Part shown: piece by piece, positions 39,020 to 50,551 of the stretch | How the letters are laid out: each line of letters opens with the position of its first letter | Position numbering within the stretch: position 1 is the stretch's first letter | Origin: an uncultured Planctomycetota bacterium | GTDB taxonomy: Bacteria; Planctomycetota; Planctomycetia; Pirellulales; Lacipirellulaceae | Length of the DNA: 64,000 nt | NCBI GenBank assembly: GCA_963719315.1 | Contig: CAVRBU010000013.1 | Span: 1-64,000 of the forward strand | Direction of reading: 5' to 3' | The notes under the pieces: generated by a model | Told to the model about the DNA's origin: nothing | What the model saw: only the letters and a program-made list of their open reading frames with translations | The model's database searches: none | Translations under genes and position numbers: made by a program

Positions 39020-40065
39020 TTCGCGTCGGCATCGTCGGCATCGGGTTCATGGGTTGGATCCACTGGCTCGCCTACCAACGGATAGGCGGCGCGCGCGTGG
39101 CCGCCGTTAGCACCCGCAACCCGCAACGGCTCGCCGGCGATTGGCGCGGCATCCAAGGCAACTTCGGCCCGCCGGGCGAACAGGTGGATCTCAAAGGAAT
39201 CGCCGCCTACGCCCAACTCAGTGACCTGTTGAACGACCCGCAGGTCGACCTTGTCGACATCACTCTACCGCCGTTGCTTCACGCCGACGTCGCCATCCGC
39301 GCTCTCGAAGCCGGCAAGCATGTGCTGTGCGAAAAACCGATGGCCCTTACGCTGGTCGATTGCGAGCGGATGGTCGCTGCCGCCAAGAGGGCTAACCGGC
39401 TGCTCATGATCGGCCACGTACTGCCGTACTTTCCCGAGTACGATTGGGCCCTCAAAATCATCCTCAGCGGCGAATTCGGCCAACTGCGCGGCGGCGCGTT
39501 TCGGCGCGTGATCTCCGATCCCACGTGGCTCACCGACTTCTGGTCCCCCGACCACGTCGGCGGACCGATGCTCGACCTGCACGTCCACGACGCCCACTTC
39601 ATTCGCCTCCTGTTCGGCATGCCGCAAGAGGTCACCACCTGTGGACGCCTGCGAAAAAAGCTCCCCGAATTCTGGCACTCCCAATTCCGCTTCCCCGGCC
39701 GCGACTTGGTCGTTGAATCCACAAGCGGCACGATCGATCAACAAGGCCGACCCTTTACGCACGCCTTTGAGATCCATTTAGAACAGGCTACGCTCGCGTT
39801 TGACTTCGCGGTTATGGGCGGGGCAGGGCGGTATCTCTGCAAGCCTATGCTGCTCGACCCAAAAGGCGCCGTCCAAAACCCCGAACTCTCTGGCGGTGAC
39901 CCGATCGACGCTTTCGTCAGCGAGCTGAGCGAAGTAACGCACTGCGTCCGCGACGGCAAGACCGCTCAAATTCTCGGCGCAACTCTCGCCCAAGACGCCA
40001 TCCGCTTGTGCGAAGCACAAACGACCAGCTTGCAAACGGGACGGTCGGTAGCGATCTCTACCTAG
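39016..40065 (+). CDS. Gfo/Idh/MocA oxidoreductase
   Basis: GIGFMG, CEKP, DLHVHD. Confidence 0.92.
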   Translation: MIRVGIVGIGFMGWIHWLAYQRIGGARVAAVSTRNPQRLAGDWRGIQGNFGPPGEQVDLKGIAAYAQLSDLLNDPQVDLVDITLPPLLHADVAIRALEAGKHVLCEKPMALTLVDCERMVAAAKRANRLLMIGHVLPYFPEYDWALKIILSGEFGQLRGGAFRRVISDPTWLTDFWSPDHVGGPMLDLHVHDAHFIRLLFGMPQEVTTCGRLRKKLPEFWHSQFRFPGRDLVVESTSGTIDQQGRPFTHAFEIHLEQATLAFDFAVMGGAGRYLCKPMLLDPKGAVQNPELSGGDPIDAFVSELSEVTHCVRDGKTAQILGATLAQDAIRLCEAQTTSLQTGRSVAIST

Positions 40066-40092
40066 ATGGCCGGGCTAGCCGGGTTTCAGCCG

Positions 40093-40187
40093 GAGAATGC
40101 GGGAAGCAGGATGCTGGGGGCAGGCACGAGACGATTGGGCTTAAGCTCCTCCCCCCGGCAACCTGCATCCCGTATCCCCGGCCTCCT
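40093..40187. repeat. degenerate heptamer inverted array
   Basis: gaatgcg ggaagca ggatgct gggggca ... cctgcat cccgtat ccccggc. Confidence 0.55.
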
Positions 40188-40200
40188 GTATAATCGCGAC

Positions 40201-40773
40201 ATGGCGCTGCTCATTGATGGCTACAACCTGCTCAACGTCACTGGCATTTTCGGCGAGGCGGGCCCCGGCACGGAACTGCATCGCACTCGGTTGGCCTTCT
40301 TGGACTATCTCGCCTCGTCGTTGACGAAGCGGCAGCGCAGCGAGTCAACGATCGTCTTCGACGCCGCCGGCGCGCCGCCCGGATTGCCGCCGACGATCTC
40401 ACACGAAGGCATGACCATTCATTTTGCGCGGCGCAACTCCGAGGCCGACGAGATGATCGAGGAGCTTCTGGAACAATGGTCGTCACCCCGCTCACTTACG
40501 GTCGTGTCGAGCGATCATCGTGTGCAACGCGCCGCCCGGCACCGAGGGGCAAAGTTCGTCGACAGTGAAAAGTGGTACGCCGACCTGCGTAAAGCGCGGC
40601 GCAAACGCGCCGCGAAAATGGAGGATTCAACGGCAAAACCAGCCGCAAAGCCCTCGTCGGATGAGCTTGCCTACTGGCTCGGCGAATTCGGCGAAGGGCC
40701 GAGCACTCCCCAAAACACGGACAACCCATTCCCACCCGGCTACGCGGACGAGATCGCAGAAGACGATATGTAA
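40201..40773 (+). CDS. NYN-domain (YacP-like) protein
   Basis: LIDGYNL, IVFD, EADEMI, VVSSD. Confidence 0.9.
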   Translation: MALLIDGYNLLNVTGIFGEAGPGTELHRTRLAFLDYLASSLTKRQRSESTIVFDAAGAPPGLPPTISHEGMTIHFARRNSEADEMIEELLEQWSSPRSLTVVSSDHRVQRAARHRGAKFVDSEKWYADLRKARRKRAAKMEDSTAKPAAKPSSDELAYWLGEFGEGPSTPQNTDNPFPPGYADEIAEDDM

Positions 40774-40863
40774 AAGTTCGGCTGCCTTCATCCGGCTCAT
40801 AGCTGGATTCACAAGAATTCACTGATGGCGGCAGAATTCTAGCGAATCCAGCTACTGCAAGCG

Positions 40864-41715
40864 CTATTTGCCGGAACCCTGAACATTCGCCAGCGACGCC
40901 GGAGGCTCGATCGGCCGAAACGTGATTTCACCCGTAGAACGCAGGTCGATTTCGTACATTTTGCCTTTTTGAACGCGCATTGCGACCGCCGCGCCGTGGG
41001 CTGCGTGAATTCCTAAGTCCGCTGCCTGCTTCGGGTCATTGGCGATCAACCAGAAGTCGTTCCATATCTTTTGTTCGAACTCACTCATCTTCGTGCCGCG
41101 CGCGTACGCCGTCGGCCGCGTGCCGACCGTATCAATTTGAAAACCGACCGCCGGCTCTTGATGCTCACCAAAAATGCGCTGGAACAGTACCAGAGACGTC
41201 GAACGATCGAGATCCGATTGCTCGATGAATTTGTCGTCGAACGTTACGTGTAAGTAATCGACGTACACCATGTCGCCCACGATGTCGAACTGCTTGGGCG
41301 GCCCGATCGGTTCACCCTTCTCATTGACTTCCGTGAATTCGATTTTCGTCGTGACATTCGTGCGCGAGGCTCCGTTCTCCGTGCCCTCGACCGGCGTGAC
41401 CGGAATCAAAGACGGAACTTCGTGCTGATCGATCACCTTCACTCGGGCCAGCCGATGTCGCACTTTCAGCAACTTCATCCGGACCTCCAGTCGATCGACT
41501 TGGGCAGTCTTGTCGGCGAGATTCTTGCTGAGTTCGGCATTGCTGCTGAGCGCTTTTTCCAGCTCGGCCTGCTTATCGGCCAACTGCTGCCGCGGCGCGT
41601 TGTAGAGGTCATATGCCTTGTACCCACCGACGCCGGCGCCAGCAATCAGCACCATTAGCAGCAGATTTCGAAATGCCGAGTTAACATTCGAGATCGTGTC
41701 GTTGACGCGGCCCAT
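40864..41715 (-). CDS. membrane-anchored coiled-coil hypothetical protein
   Basis: N-terminal TM, coiled coil, F.RIFGE motif. Confidence 0.75.
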   Translation of the reverse strand: MGRVNDTISNVNSAFRNLLLMVLIAGAGVGGYKAYDLYNAPRQQLADKQAELEKALSSNAELSKNLADKTAQVDRLEVRMKLLKVRHRLARVKVIDQHEVPSLIPVTPVEGTENGASRTNVTTKIEFTEVNEKGEPIGPPKQFDIVGDMVYVDYLHVTFDDKFIEQSDLDRSTSLVLFQRIFGEHQEPAVGFQIDTVGTRPTAYARGTKMSEFEQKIWNDFWLIANDPKQAADLGIHAAHGAAVAMRVQKGKMYEIDLRSTGEITFRPIEPPASLANVQGSGK

Positions 41716-41741
41716 CGAAGAATCTCCGTGTAAGAATAGGT

Positions 41742-41817
41742 GTGCGGGAGGTGCCTCCGGCGCCGATGGACGCGTTCCTATTGCAGCGCGGCATCGACCT
41801 CGGACCGGCCTCCCTCA
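41742..41817. repeat. degenerate REP doublet
   Basis: GGGAGGTGCCTCCGGCGCCGAT ... ATCGACCTCGGACCGGCCTCCC. Confidence 0.6.
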
Positions 41818-41886
41818 GCCCGGATGGCTGTGCTGACTAATCTAAGGATACCGCGCCGTCCGACGAGCGACAAACAACTGGCCTTA

Positions 41887-43774
41887 TCAATCGACGGTCG
41901 CGCACACGAGCCGGAGCGACAATTCGCCTGCCGCTTCCGATTGGGCGGAGATTGCCGACACGGCCCACCGCGACAGGGCCAAGAGCGACCAGGCGACGGA
42001 GTGCAAATCATTGTGAAACCATGGGTCTGCGGCCTCTCCGGGATGCACGAATTCGGGATCGCTCCAACGGCCCTCGTCGTCCTGCACATCCAGCAGGAAC
42101 TCCACTCCACGTCGCGCCGCCCGGTGACTCGCCTTACCGGCCGCCACCAGGGCCATGACTACCCACGCCGTCGGCGTCGCGGCGCTTTGATCTGGCGCAC
42201 CGTGCTCGTCTTCGTGGCATGAATCGCCCCAACCGCCAGCGGCTCGCTGATGAACAATCAACCAATTCGCTCCGGCCGCAATCGCGTCGTCGCCAATCGT
42301 TACGCCGGCCGCCACCAACCCACTAATTGCGAACGACGTGGCCTGGATCTGCTTTGCGCTAGGAGCGTCGCCCCAACTGCCGTCGGCTCGCTGCGTCGAA
42401 CGCAGGTAGCCAATTGCCCGATCGACGGCCAATCGCGCTTTGTCCACACCATGAATGCATAACGCTTCCACCGCGGCACTCGTGACGGCAACGTCACTCT
42501 TATTTAGTCCAGCGCGTGCGGAATCCTGCTCGCCCCACCTACCGTCTGGGCGTTGAAGCTGAATAAGCCTCGCGACTAGTTCTTCGACCAGCGTCCCGCT
42601 GGTGTTTTCATCCCACAGTTCACTGAGCTTATCATCGGCGTCGTCCGACCATTCGTTGCATACTTCAATCTCGGGCGGAAGCGAATATGCGTCGACCGCA
42701 GTTACGTCCGCCGGCCGAAGAGCCAAAAGTGCGCATCGCTAGTGCCGCAGGTGCGGCGGACTCCGCCAACAATGCCCCGTCGCGCAATGCCGCCATGCCA
42801 CTCGAAACAGCAAAGTGATTCTGCGACATCCCACTCGCTAGTAGGGAGCGAACGACGACCGCCGTATCGATCTGTGGCGTCGAAGCCAGTTGCGGCGACG
42901 CCGTGTTCTCGTCCTCATCAACGTGCACCAGCGCCGGCAGCCGCGTCACACAGGCGCTCAATTCCTTACTGCCACGAGCGAAGCCGAGTGCTTCGAGAGC
43001 AATCGCGTGCCAGATCACCTCATCGAAGTGAAACTGTTCAATCCGATCCGGTGTATTTGGCGAGACGGGATTCGCCTCAATCCGATCCATCGTGCGTCGG
43101 ATGTCCTGCGGCTCGCGCCACTTTTTCGGTTCCTCGATGAATAGCTCTCGAACGCCTCGCTCGATGCCAACGGCGCGCACCGGGCGATGCGACCAGAGGA
43201 TCGAAAACGGCCCGCTTTGCCTGGTTTCGTCGTTAAAAAGCAACATCTCTGGCGGGGCCGGTGGGCAACAGTCGTAATCGATTTGTCCAAACAACGCGAG
43301 GATGTAGCGAGTTGTAGCGTCGGACGCATCGGCGCCGCTGAGCAGCCGGATTCGTTTGCGGGCTCGCGAAAGTCGCTCGGAACTCGGATCGATGCCCAGC
43401 AACTTCAACGCGAAGTAACATTGAACGCTCGAGCTCACGTCCGTCGGTCCGCCGAATAACCGCGACCAACCTCCCGCCAACAATTGCTGATCGAGGATCG
43501 TTGCCGCACACTGCTGCGCAAGTTCAGAGTCCTCGCTGCCTGCATACACCAGCCAGAAAATCAGCAGGCTGGCCAGCGACGCATTGGCCGAATGGTGCCC
43601 GAGCCATACTCCGTCGCTGCTTTGATCTCCGATCAGAAACTGCCGCGCTCGAAGAATCGCGCTGCGAACCGGAGCGGCAAGTTCGGTGCTGAACCGAGGG
43701 GCCAACGGCTTTTGTGTGGCAGTGTGCGGCAGCGCGCCCGTCGAACGGTGACGAACAAGTTCCATCGAGTTCAT
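41887..43774 (-). CDS. divergent squalene-hopene cyclase-like protein, frameshift near 42725
   Basis: QW repeats (QSSDGVW, QLLAGGW, QRPDGRW, QRADGSW, QRAAGGWGDS, QDDEGRW), SVQCYFALKL, TPTAWVVMAL; DxDDTA not found. Confidence 0.8.
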
Positions 43775-43894
43775 GTGTGCTGCCCGCAGTTGCGACTGTC
43801 ATCCTTGACGTGCACGATCCCCCAAGTGAACTCAGGCAGCTTACGACAGGGCGACGGCCGACGGCAAGTGCACAGGACTGGACTGCTAGCAGCG

Positions 43895-45010
43895 CTAGCG
43901 TTGGCTTCCACTTGAAAGAGAAAGAGGAGTCACGAGCGGCAATTGAATTGCAATCTCAGCTCCGACGCTACGGCGATTCACGATTACTTGTCCGCCGTGA
44001 TCGGTCACGATCCGCCAACATTTCGACGCCCCAAACCCGAGCCCGCGTCCAGCCTCGCGACCGCTGTAAAACGGGTCAAACATGTGGCGTCGAACATCCT
44101 CGGTAATGCCGGGACCGTCATCGCAGACCAACACTTCGGCAAACGAGATGCTGTCGATAAGTCGGCATTGCGCCGAAACTAGAACGTGCCCACCGTCCCC
44201 CACCGCTTCGAGGGCGTTTTTCAAAATGGCTCCAATGGCGACCGCGAGTTGCGTTTCGTCTGCCAAAACTTCGACGGCCTCTGTCTCACCGTCGAATTTC
44301 AATTCAACGCCATATTCCCGGGCGAGATCGCTCTGTTCGGCGACGACCTTTCGCACTAAGGACCGTAAGTCGCACGGAGCTAGCCGCAACTTCGGCGGCC
44401 GCGCGAACAGCATCAAATCGGAGATCATCTCGTGCGCCCGCATGGCCTGACGATGAATCGCCATGAGCTTCCGTTGCCGTTCCGAATCCGTCTCCTCTTC
44501 GAGCAGCGTCTGCGCTCGGGCCGCGATGTTGGCTAGCGGATTATTGATCTCGTGGCTCGCTCCATACGCGAGCTCCTTGAGCGATTCCAGTTTTTCATGT
44601 TCCAAACGGCGCTCGAAGTCATCAGTCTGCCGCGCACACGCTTCGAGCCTGGCCACCAGCAGCGGCAGTCGCCAACTGATGTCGTTTGTAGGTGGAAGCT
44701 GAGGCTCGGAGCGAAGGGACGAGGCTAATTCGCGTTCCAGGCAACTGCACAGCCAGGCAGCAGCCTCCTCAACCCGATTGATGGTCCGACCCAAGCGCAC
44801 TTCGGCCGTGCGCAGTGCCCAAGAGGACGCGTTACCATCGGCCGATAGCGCGGCAGTCAACTCCAGAAGTCGATCCACCTCATCGGTTGATAGAAGTGCC
44901 CTCTCCAGTGCCAAGACCGTCGCCTCGGCGATTGGCAACAACTCCGGCGGAACTGGAGAGTCCGCGTCCGCTGGTGGCTGCAGAAAGAGCATCGAGCACG
45001 AGCGTACCAC
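43895..45010 (-). CDS. cytoplasmic sensor histidine kinase
   Basis: H-box HEINNPL, N-box KNALEA, DDGPG, F-box FDPFYS, GRGLG. Confidence 0.92.
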   Translation of the reverse strand: MVRSCSMLFLQPPADADSPVPPELLPIAEATVLALERALLSTDEVDRLLELTAALSADGNASSWALRTAEVRLGRTINRVEEAAAWLCSCLERELASSLRSEPQLPPTNDISWRLPLLVARLEACARQTDDFERRLEHEKLESLKELAYGASHEINNPLANIAARAQTLLEEETDSERQRKLMAIHRQAMRAHEMISDLMLFARPPKLRLAPCDLRSLVRKVVAEQSDLAREYGVELKFDGETEAVEVLADETQLAVAIGAILKNALEAVGDGGHVLVSAQCRLIDSISFAEVLVCDDGPGITEDVRRHMFDPFYSGREAGRGLGFGASKCWRIVTDHGGQVIVNRRSVGAEIAIQLPLVTPLSLSSGSQR

Positions 45011-45017
45011 GCGCCGT

Positions 45018-45599
45018 TTAACTGTGCGGCACCGTTTCGACGTCGAGCAACTGGCAGATGCGATCGATCAACGCTTCCACATCAAACGGCTTCTTGAGGA
45101 AATCGTTTGCGCCCGCGTCGCGCAATTGCTGAATCTTGTCTTCTTCGACCATGCCTGAGATGCAGACGACGCGCACATCATCCATCGTCTTGTCGCTACG
45201 AACTAGGCGACACACTTCCATGCCGTTGATATCGGGCAGCATCACGTCGAGCACGACCAGATCGGGACGGAACTCCTTGATCAACATGCCGGCGCCGAAG
45301 CCGTTGTTTACGCTGCGAACTTCGAATCGGCCGTCGCGCACCAATTGATCGACGATCAATTCAACCAAATCCTCATCGTCATCCACGACCAGAATTTTGC
45401 GTTTGCCGCTGTCGAGCGCATCGGTCGGAATGCCGTTGTCGCGCATGAACGAGTACAACTGATCGCGCGGGATCCGGCGGAAACGACTGCCCGGCACGCG
45501 GAAGCCTTTCAGTTGGCCCGAATCAAAGCAACGAATGATGGTCTGCTGACTGACCTTGCAGATCTTGGCAGCTTCGCCGGTTGTAAAAACAGTTTTCAT
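45018..45599 (-). CDS. response regulator with N-terminal excisionase-type HTH
   Basis: FTTGEAAKIC...IIRCFD; receiver VDDD, LDVMLP, KPF. Confidence 0.93.
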   Translation of the reverse strand: MKTVFTTGEAAKICKVSQQTIIRCFDSGQLKGFRVPGSRFRRIPRDQLYSFMRDNGIPTDALDSGKRKILVVDDDEDLVELIVDQLVRDGRFEVRSVNNGFGAGMLIKEFRPDLVVLDVMLPDINGMEVCRLVRSDKTMDDVRVVCISGMVEEDKIQQLRDAGANDFLKKPFDVEALIDRICQLLDVETVPHS

Positions 45600-46089
45600 T
45601 TGCTCGACCACCCCTCTCCCTAGTTGATGGTAAGACAATCCTTGCCCTAACGTGCGGCGTTGGCGAGTGTAACCAAAACCCGCCAATTCACACCCTTGAG
45701 CATTCCTCCGACAAAAACTACCCTTTAACACCCGACCTCGCAGAACCCCTCAGTCCGCTGTTGTTTCCACAATTCTATCGGAGGTCGCAACCGGCAAGAT
45801 CGACCATAGCTACCAAAGTTGCCTGCTTTGCCACGTGTCAGCGAATTATATCGGAGTGAACCGCTGCGTCAATATCGGTTGATTTAGTGTAACATGATAC
45901 AACACCACGAGTTACGGCGAACTCTGTTATGGCAGCACTTTTTTTCTCAACCGTTGCTTCCATGCTCAAAACAAAGTTGACACTTGTGCACTGCTAACTG
46001 GTTCCGCGAGCGACGCGGCTGGCCAATCCTCGCTAAATACCGCAAGACCACAGCTCGGCACTCCGCCCCAAGCTACCCGAATCAACCGC

Positions 46090-48018
46090 CTACCGCGTTG
46101 TGGCGGCTTTGCCCTTCCCATCAAGATGCACGATCAAAAGCGCCACGTCGGCCGGCGTGATGCCACTGATGCGGCTCGCCTGTGAGAGATTGCGCGGCCG
46201 CACGCGGGTAAGCTTTTCGCGGGCTTCGGCTCGAAGTTGGGAGATGGCGTCGTAGCGGAAGCTGTCGGGGATCCGCTTCTCCGCCAAACGCGATTGCCGC
46301 TCGACCTCGGTCTGCTGCCTGGCAACATAGCCCGCGTATTTCAAATCGATGGCAACTTGCTCGGCAACGTGAAAATCAACCGCTCCCAATTCCGGCAGTC
46401 GAGCGACGACGTCCTTCCACGCAACCTCAGGGCGCCGCAGATACTTGGATATCGCGATGCCATCGACCCACGTGCTTTCCATCAACGCCGCTATCCGCTC
46501 GATCTCAGCTATCTTCTGACCAAGCCGATTCCAGCGCTCGGCTCCGACCAGCCCACAGGCGTGTGCCAGCGGCGTTAACCTTCGGTCGGCATTGTCGTGA
46601 CGCAACAGAATCCGATACTCGGCCCGACTGGTGAACATGCGATAAGGCTCGTCCACGCCGCAAGTTACTAAATCGTCAATTAGTACGCCAATATAGGCGT
46701 TATTGCGATCCAAAACGAGCGGCTCGTGTTTGCGGAGCGCGAGTGCCGCGTTCGCGCCGGCGATCAGCCCTTGGGCGGCCGCTTCTTCGTAGCCGGTTGT
46801 TCCGTTGATCTGCCCGGCGAAATACAGACCGGCCACCTGCTTCGTTTCCAAAGTCGCCCGCAATTGATCGGGCGGGGCGTAATCGTATTCCACTGCGTAG
46901 CCGTACCGCATGATCTCGGCCCGCTCGAGCCCGGGAATCTCGCGAAACATTGCATCCTGCACATCGCGGGGCAAGCTGGTTGAAACGCCGTTCACATAGA
47001 CTTCTCGCGTGCGCCGCCCTTCCGGCTCCAAAAACAGTTGGTGACGCGGCTTATCGGCGAACCGCACGACCTTGTCCTCAATCGACGGGCAATACCGCGG
47101 ACCGCTCGAAGCAATTTGGCCGCTGTACATCGGCGCGCGGTGCAAGTTGGCGCGAATTAAATCGTGAACGGCGTCGTTCGTATACGTGAGGTAGCACGGC
47201 AATTGCTCGACCTCGAGCCGCGACGTGAGAAACGAGAATGGTTCGGGATGGTCGTCGCCCGGTTGCAGTTCCACCTGGTCGTAGTCGATCGTGCGGCCAT
47301 TCAAGCGCGGCGGCGTACCCGTTTTAAATCGTGCCAGTCGAAATCCCAACCGCACGAGGGAAGCGCTAATGCCACCGGTCGTGCCTTCACCGGCGCGACC
47401 GCCGGGCGTTTTCGTTTCACCGGTGTGCATCAACGCCTGCAGAAATGTACCCGTCGTCAGCACGACGGCACGCGCTCGATACACTGCATCACCGCGAACT
47501 TGGACGCCCACGACTAGCTGGGTGCCATGCTCTCGCGACGCGCTTACATGCCCACGCTCGCTGGCGGCGTTGGTCGTGCCGCGTGAGCATGTCGTTGCCA
47601 GCGAGGGCATGCCACCCGAAGTTTCCGTCAACAAATCCTCCACCACTTCTTGCCGCAACGTTAAATTCGGCATCTCTTCCACCAATCGCTTGATCTCGGC
47701 CTGATATGCTTTCTTATCCGCCTGAGCCCGCGGGCTGTGCATCGCCGGGCCTTTGCTGCGATTGAGCATGCGAAACTGAATGCCGGTCGCATCGATGGCT
47801 TGTCCCATGGCGCCGCCGAAGGCGTCGATCTCGCGCACGATCTGCCCTTTCCCCACACCGCCGATGGCCGGGTTGCAACTCATTTGCCCGACCGTATCGC
47901 AGTTGGTCGTGAGAAGGGCGGTTTTCGCGCCCAATCGCGCGGCAGCCAGGGCCGCCTCCGTCCCGGCATGCCCCGCGCCGACAACGATCACATCGTATTC
48001 ATACTCAATCGCTGCCAT
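46090..48018 (-). CDS. mnmG: tRNA uridine 5-carboxymethylaminomethyl modification enzyme
   Basis: [52 protein letters not shown]. Confidence 0.97.
   Translation of the reverse strand: MAAIEYEYDVIVVGAGHAGTEAALAAARLGAKTALLTTNCDTVGQMSCNPAIGGVGKGQIVREIDAFGGAMGQAIDATGIQFRMLNRSKGPAMHSPRAQADKKAYQAEIKRLVEEMPNLTLRQEVVEDLLTETSGGMPSLATTCSRGTTNAASERGHVSASREHGTQLVVGVQVRGDAVYRARAVVLTTGTFLQALMHTGETKTPGGRAGEGTTGGISASLVRLGFRLARFKTGTPPRLNGRTIDYDQVELQPGDDHPEPFSFLTSRLEVEQLPCYLTYTNDAVHDLIRANLHRAPMYSGQIASSGPRYCPSIEDKVVRFADKPRHQLFLEPEGRRTREVYVNGVSTSLPRDVQDAMFREIPGLERAEIMRYGYAVEYDYAPPDQLRATLETKQVAGLYFAGQINGTTGYEEAAAQGLIAGANAALALRKHEPLVLDRNNAYIGVLIDDLVTCGVDEPYRMFTSRAEYRILLRHDNADRRLTPLAHACGLVGAERWNRLGQKIAEIERIAALMESTWVDGIAISKYLRRPEVAWKDVVARLPELGAVDFHVAEQVAIDLKYAGYVARQQTEVERQSRLAEKRIPDSFRYDAISQLRAEAREKLTRVRPRNLSQASRISGITPADVALLIVHLDGKGKAATTR
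47520..47617. repeat. nested palindromic REP element in frame within mnmG
   Basis: Outer GGGTGCCATGCTCTCGC/GCGAGGGCATGCCACCC, inner ACATGCCCACGC/GCGTGAGCATGT. Confidence 0.85.
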
Positions 48019-48184
48019 CCCCTAAGCATACCGATACACAGGTGTCGCGCACACAGCCGCGGAGATCGAGCAAACTGCCCATAACCGCGACATTTTGCTT
48101 GCTTTTGAGTTCGGCAGTGATATGCTAACCAGCAGGTAGGCCTTTTCGCTTCCGACCAATGCTCGTTTCTCCTGGGGGCGTCTA

Positions 48185-48838
48185 ATGAATCGTTGCATGG
48201 GCTTTGGCTGTCTGGCGCTCGGCTTTCTATTCGGCAACTCGGCGCTCGCCTTCGACGCCTACAACAATTTTGGTCCTGGCGATACCTACGATACCACAAC
48301 CGGCTGGGCCGTAACCGGCGGCGACTACGCTCCGTTCATTCCACATATTCAAGGGTCGCGGTTCACATCGGAGGCCACTGGCATCCTCGCCGTGATCCGA
48401 ATCTCGCTCCACAACTCATTTCATATGCCGCCCGGTTTCAACCAAGTCGATGTCCGGCTATATGAAGCGGATTTGGCGGGCGACATTGGCCCGATCATGG
48501 CGGCCTTTACACGCGGCGGATTGCCCACTTTTGGCGGCTCAGAAGCTCCGGAAACGATCAGCAGTTTCGATCCCGCAGTTGTTCTTACCACCGGAAAGCA
48601 GTATTGGATCGTGGTCGCCCCCGGCGACCATAGCACCGACGCGGTCTGGAATTGGAACTCGCTTGGTTTGAGCGACCGCCACGCCAACTCGATCGATAGC
48701 GGAGCGACCTACATGTACTCTGATGCCCGCGTCGGCGCGATGCGGATCGAGGTTATCTCGATCCCCGAACCGGCGACGCTGGTCACGCTGGCGATAGGCA
48801 TCGTTGGACTCGCGCTTTGCCGCCAACGCCGTCGTTAA
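48185..48838 (+). CDS. PEP-CTERM protein
   Basis: Signal peptide; C-terminal IPEPAT + TM + RQRRR. Confidence 0.9.
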   Translation: MNRCMGFGCLALGFLFGNSALAFDAYNNFGPGDTYDTTTGWAVTGGDYAPFIPHIQGSRFTSEATGILAVIRISLHNSFHMPPGFNQVDVRLYEADLAGDIGPIMAAFTRGGLPTFGGSEAPETISSFDPAVVLTTGKQYWIVVAPGDHSTDAVWNWNSLGLSDRHANSIDSGATYMYSDARVGAMRIEVISIPEPATLVTLAIGIVGLALCRQRRR

Positions 48839-48870
48839 TCCGAGCTATCTCGCCACTCGGCTCGCGGCGT

Positions 48871-50547
48871 CTACTTTCTGCCGCTACGAATCTCGAACGG
48901 CACGGTGGCGTGGCCCAGCTTGTCGCTTTGCCGGTCCTTCACGACGAGTTCCACCCGATAACGGCCGGGCGATAAACTCTCCGGCATGGCGAGCCCGAAT
49001 TGAATGTGAAAGTCGCGCCTTCGGCTGCGGCAGCAGTCATCCACATCGGGGAATTCGCCACCGCTGACGCGCTTGCCCTTATTGTCGACGATCTCATACG
49101 TCGCCCCCAGCAGCGTGCAGTACCCTTTTTCATTCGACGCGCTGTGGAAATTCTCCACCTCGACGTAGAGCGAAACCTGCTGTCCCGGCGTGAAGTTGTC
49201 GGTCTCGTACGGTTCGTACGCGCCGTAACCGTACACGTTTTTACAGAACGACAGATTCCGAAGCGAGAGCGATCCCAACTCGCGCAGGTGCGACACGGCT
49301 TCGTCCAAATGGGCCACACTGGCGGCCGCGCGACGTTTGTCGTCCGGCTGGCTGTGATGGTCGAGGTACGTCGCCAACGCAAAGATTTGGCGGGACCAAT
49401 AATCCTGCTCGGCGGGGGGAATGTGGGGTATCGGTTCCAGCGCCTGCTCCGTATCGCCTGCCAGCAGCCGTAACAGCCGCAAACTCACGTGCTGATGGAT
49501 TTCGGCCGTCGTCGTCGGCGATGTCGCGACGTGCTGACTCAAGTCGTCCGCCGCCTTCTGCACCAGTTGCTGCCATTCGTCGGCGGCGTTTGCGGTCGAC
49601 GGACTTGACCGCGTGGCTGAGGAAATTTGTTCGTTGGCGGACCTCGCGGGCAACTTGCCGATCGCCTCGTCGGCTCTCACCTTCGCAAGTGCCTGCGTGA
49701 CGACATGCAACACATCCGAAGCGGGCGTTTGAAAAGCGGCCGATTCCGTGCCTGCTCCACGCGCCGCGGCAATCGGGTACATCGGCTCCAGGGCGGCGAA
49801 TTCCGCCGGGGCCGAACCATCCGTGGGCAAAGCAAGCCCGCTCTCCAGCGGTCGCGGCATTGAGTAGGGCAGCGATTGTGCCAGTATCAAATCACTTTCC
49901 GTACTCGCCCCGCGCGGATCGGCCAACGCACCAATCGCGGTGGATGACTGATTCGCCGCGGCTGCCAACGCCGCCTTCGTAGCAAAGTCCGACGTTGAAC
50001 GCGACCCATCGTTCGCCGCATTAGGCGGGGGCGTCCGGTGAATCTGAGCCATCGGTTCGGGGGCTTGTTCCGTCTTGGGAGGCTTCGCGGCGAGCTGTTG
50101 ATGATATGCTAGCGACGCCCGATACTGCTCCGCCACCAGCGGCCAGGAGCTCGGCGGCGTCCGCTTCAATTCATCGAGCAACTTCTGCTCGGCGGCCGGG
50201 TCCATCTCGCGAACTTGCGATAGCTTTTCCATCACGCCCGCCATGTCGGTCGCGGTATCGTCGGCTCCAATCGGCGGAATTGGCGTCTGTGCATTCGCCG
50301 GCGGACTGCTACGCGCGACCGATGGTCGAGAGAATCCGCCTTTCGAGGCCGGTGTCGACCAGGGCGCCAAGCAACCAACTGTCAGCGTTGAAAACGCACA
50401 ACCAATTAGTGCGCTAGTCAAGTTGCGCGGGTCAGGCTCATACTGTTGGTGCTGAGAATCCCTGGCGGATGCCGAGAATGCGGGGGGCGAATCGTAGGGA
50501 AATGTGTGGATGCTGGCAAGGCAGAACACGTAGAGCAGTTTCTCCAC
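48871..50547 (-). CDS. hypothetical lipoprotein-like protein; start probably further downstream
   Basis: LTVGC lipobox-like segment; conserved-looking C-terminus (FCKNVYGYG, RRRDF). Confidence 0.7.
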   Translation of the reverse strand: MEKLLYVFCLASIHTFPYDSPPAFSASARDSQHQQYEPDPRNLTSALIGCAFSTLTVGCLAPWSTPASKGGFSRPSVARSSPPANAQTPIPPIGADDTATDMAGVMEKLSQVREMDPAAEQKLLDELKRTPPSSWPLVAEQYRASLAYHQQLAAKPPKTEQAPEPMAQIHRTPPPNAANDGSRSTSDFATKAALAAAANQSSTAIGALADPRGASTESDLILAQSLPYSMPRPLESGLALPTDGSAPAEFAALEPMYPIAAARGAGTESAAFQTPASDVLHVVTQALAKVRADEAIGKLPARSANEQISSATRSSPSTANAADEWQQLVQKAADDLSQHVATSPTTTAEIHQHVSLRLLRLLAGDTEQALEPIPHIPPAEQDYWSRQIFALATYLDHHSQPDDKRRAAASVAHLDEAVSHLRELGSLSLRNLSFCKNVYGYGAYEPYETDNFTPGQQVSLYVEVENFHSASNEKGYCTLLGATYEIVDNKGKRVSGGEFPDVDDCCRSRRRDFHIQFGLAMPESLSPGRYRVELVVKDRQSDKLGHATVPFEIRSGRK

Positions 50548-50551
50548 GTGC

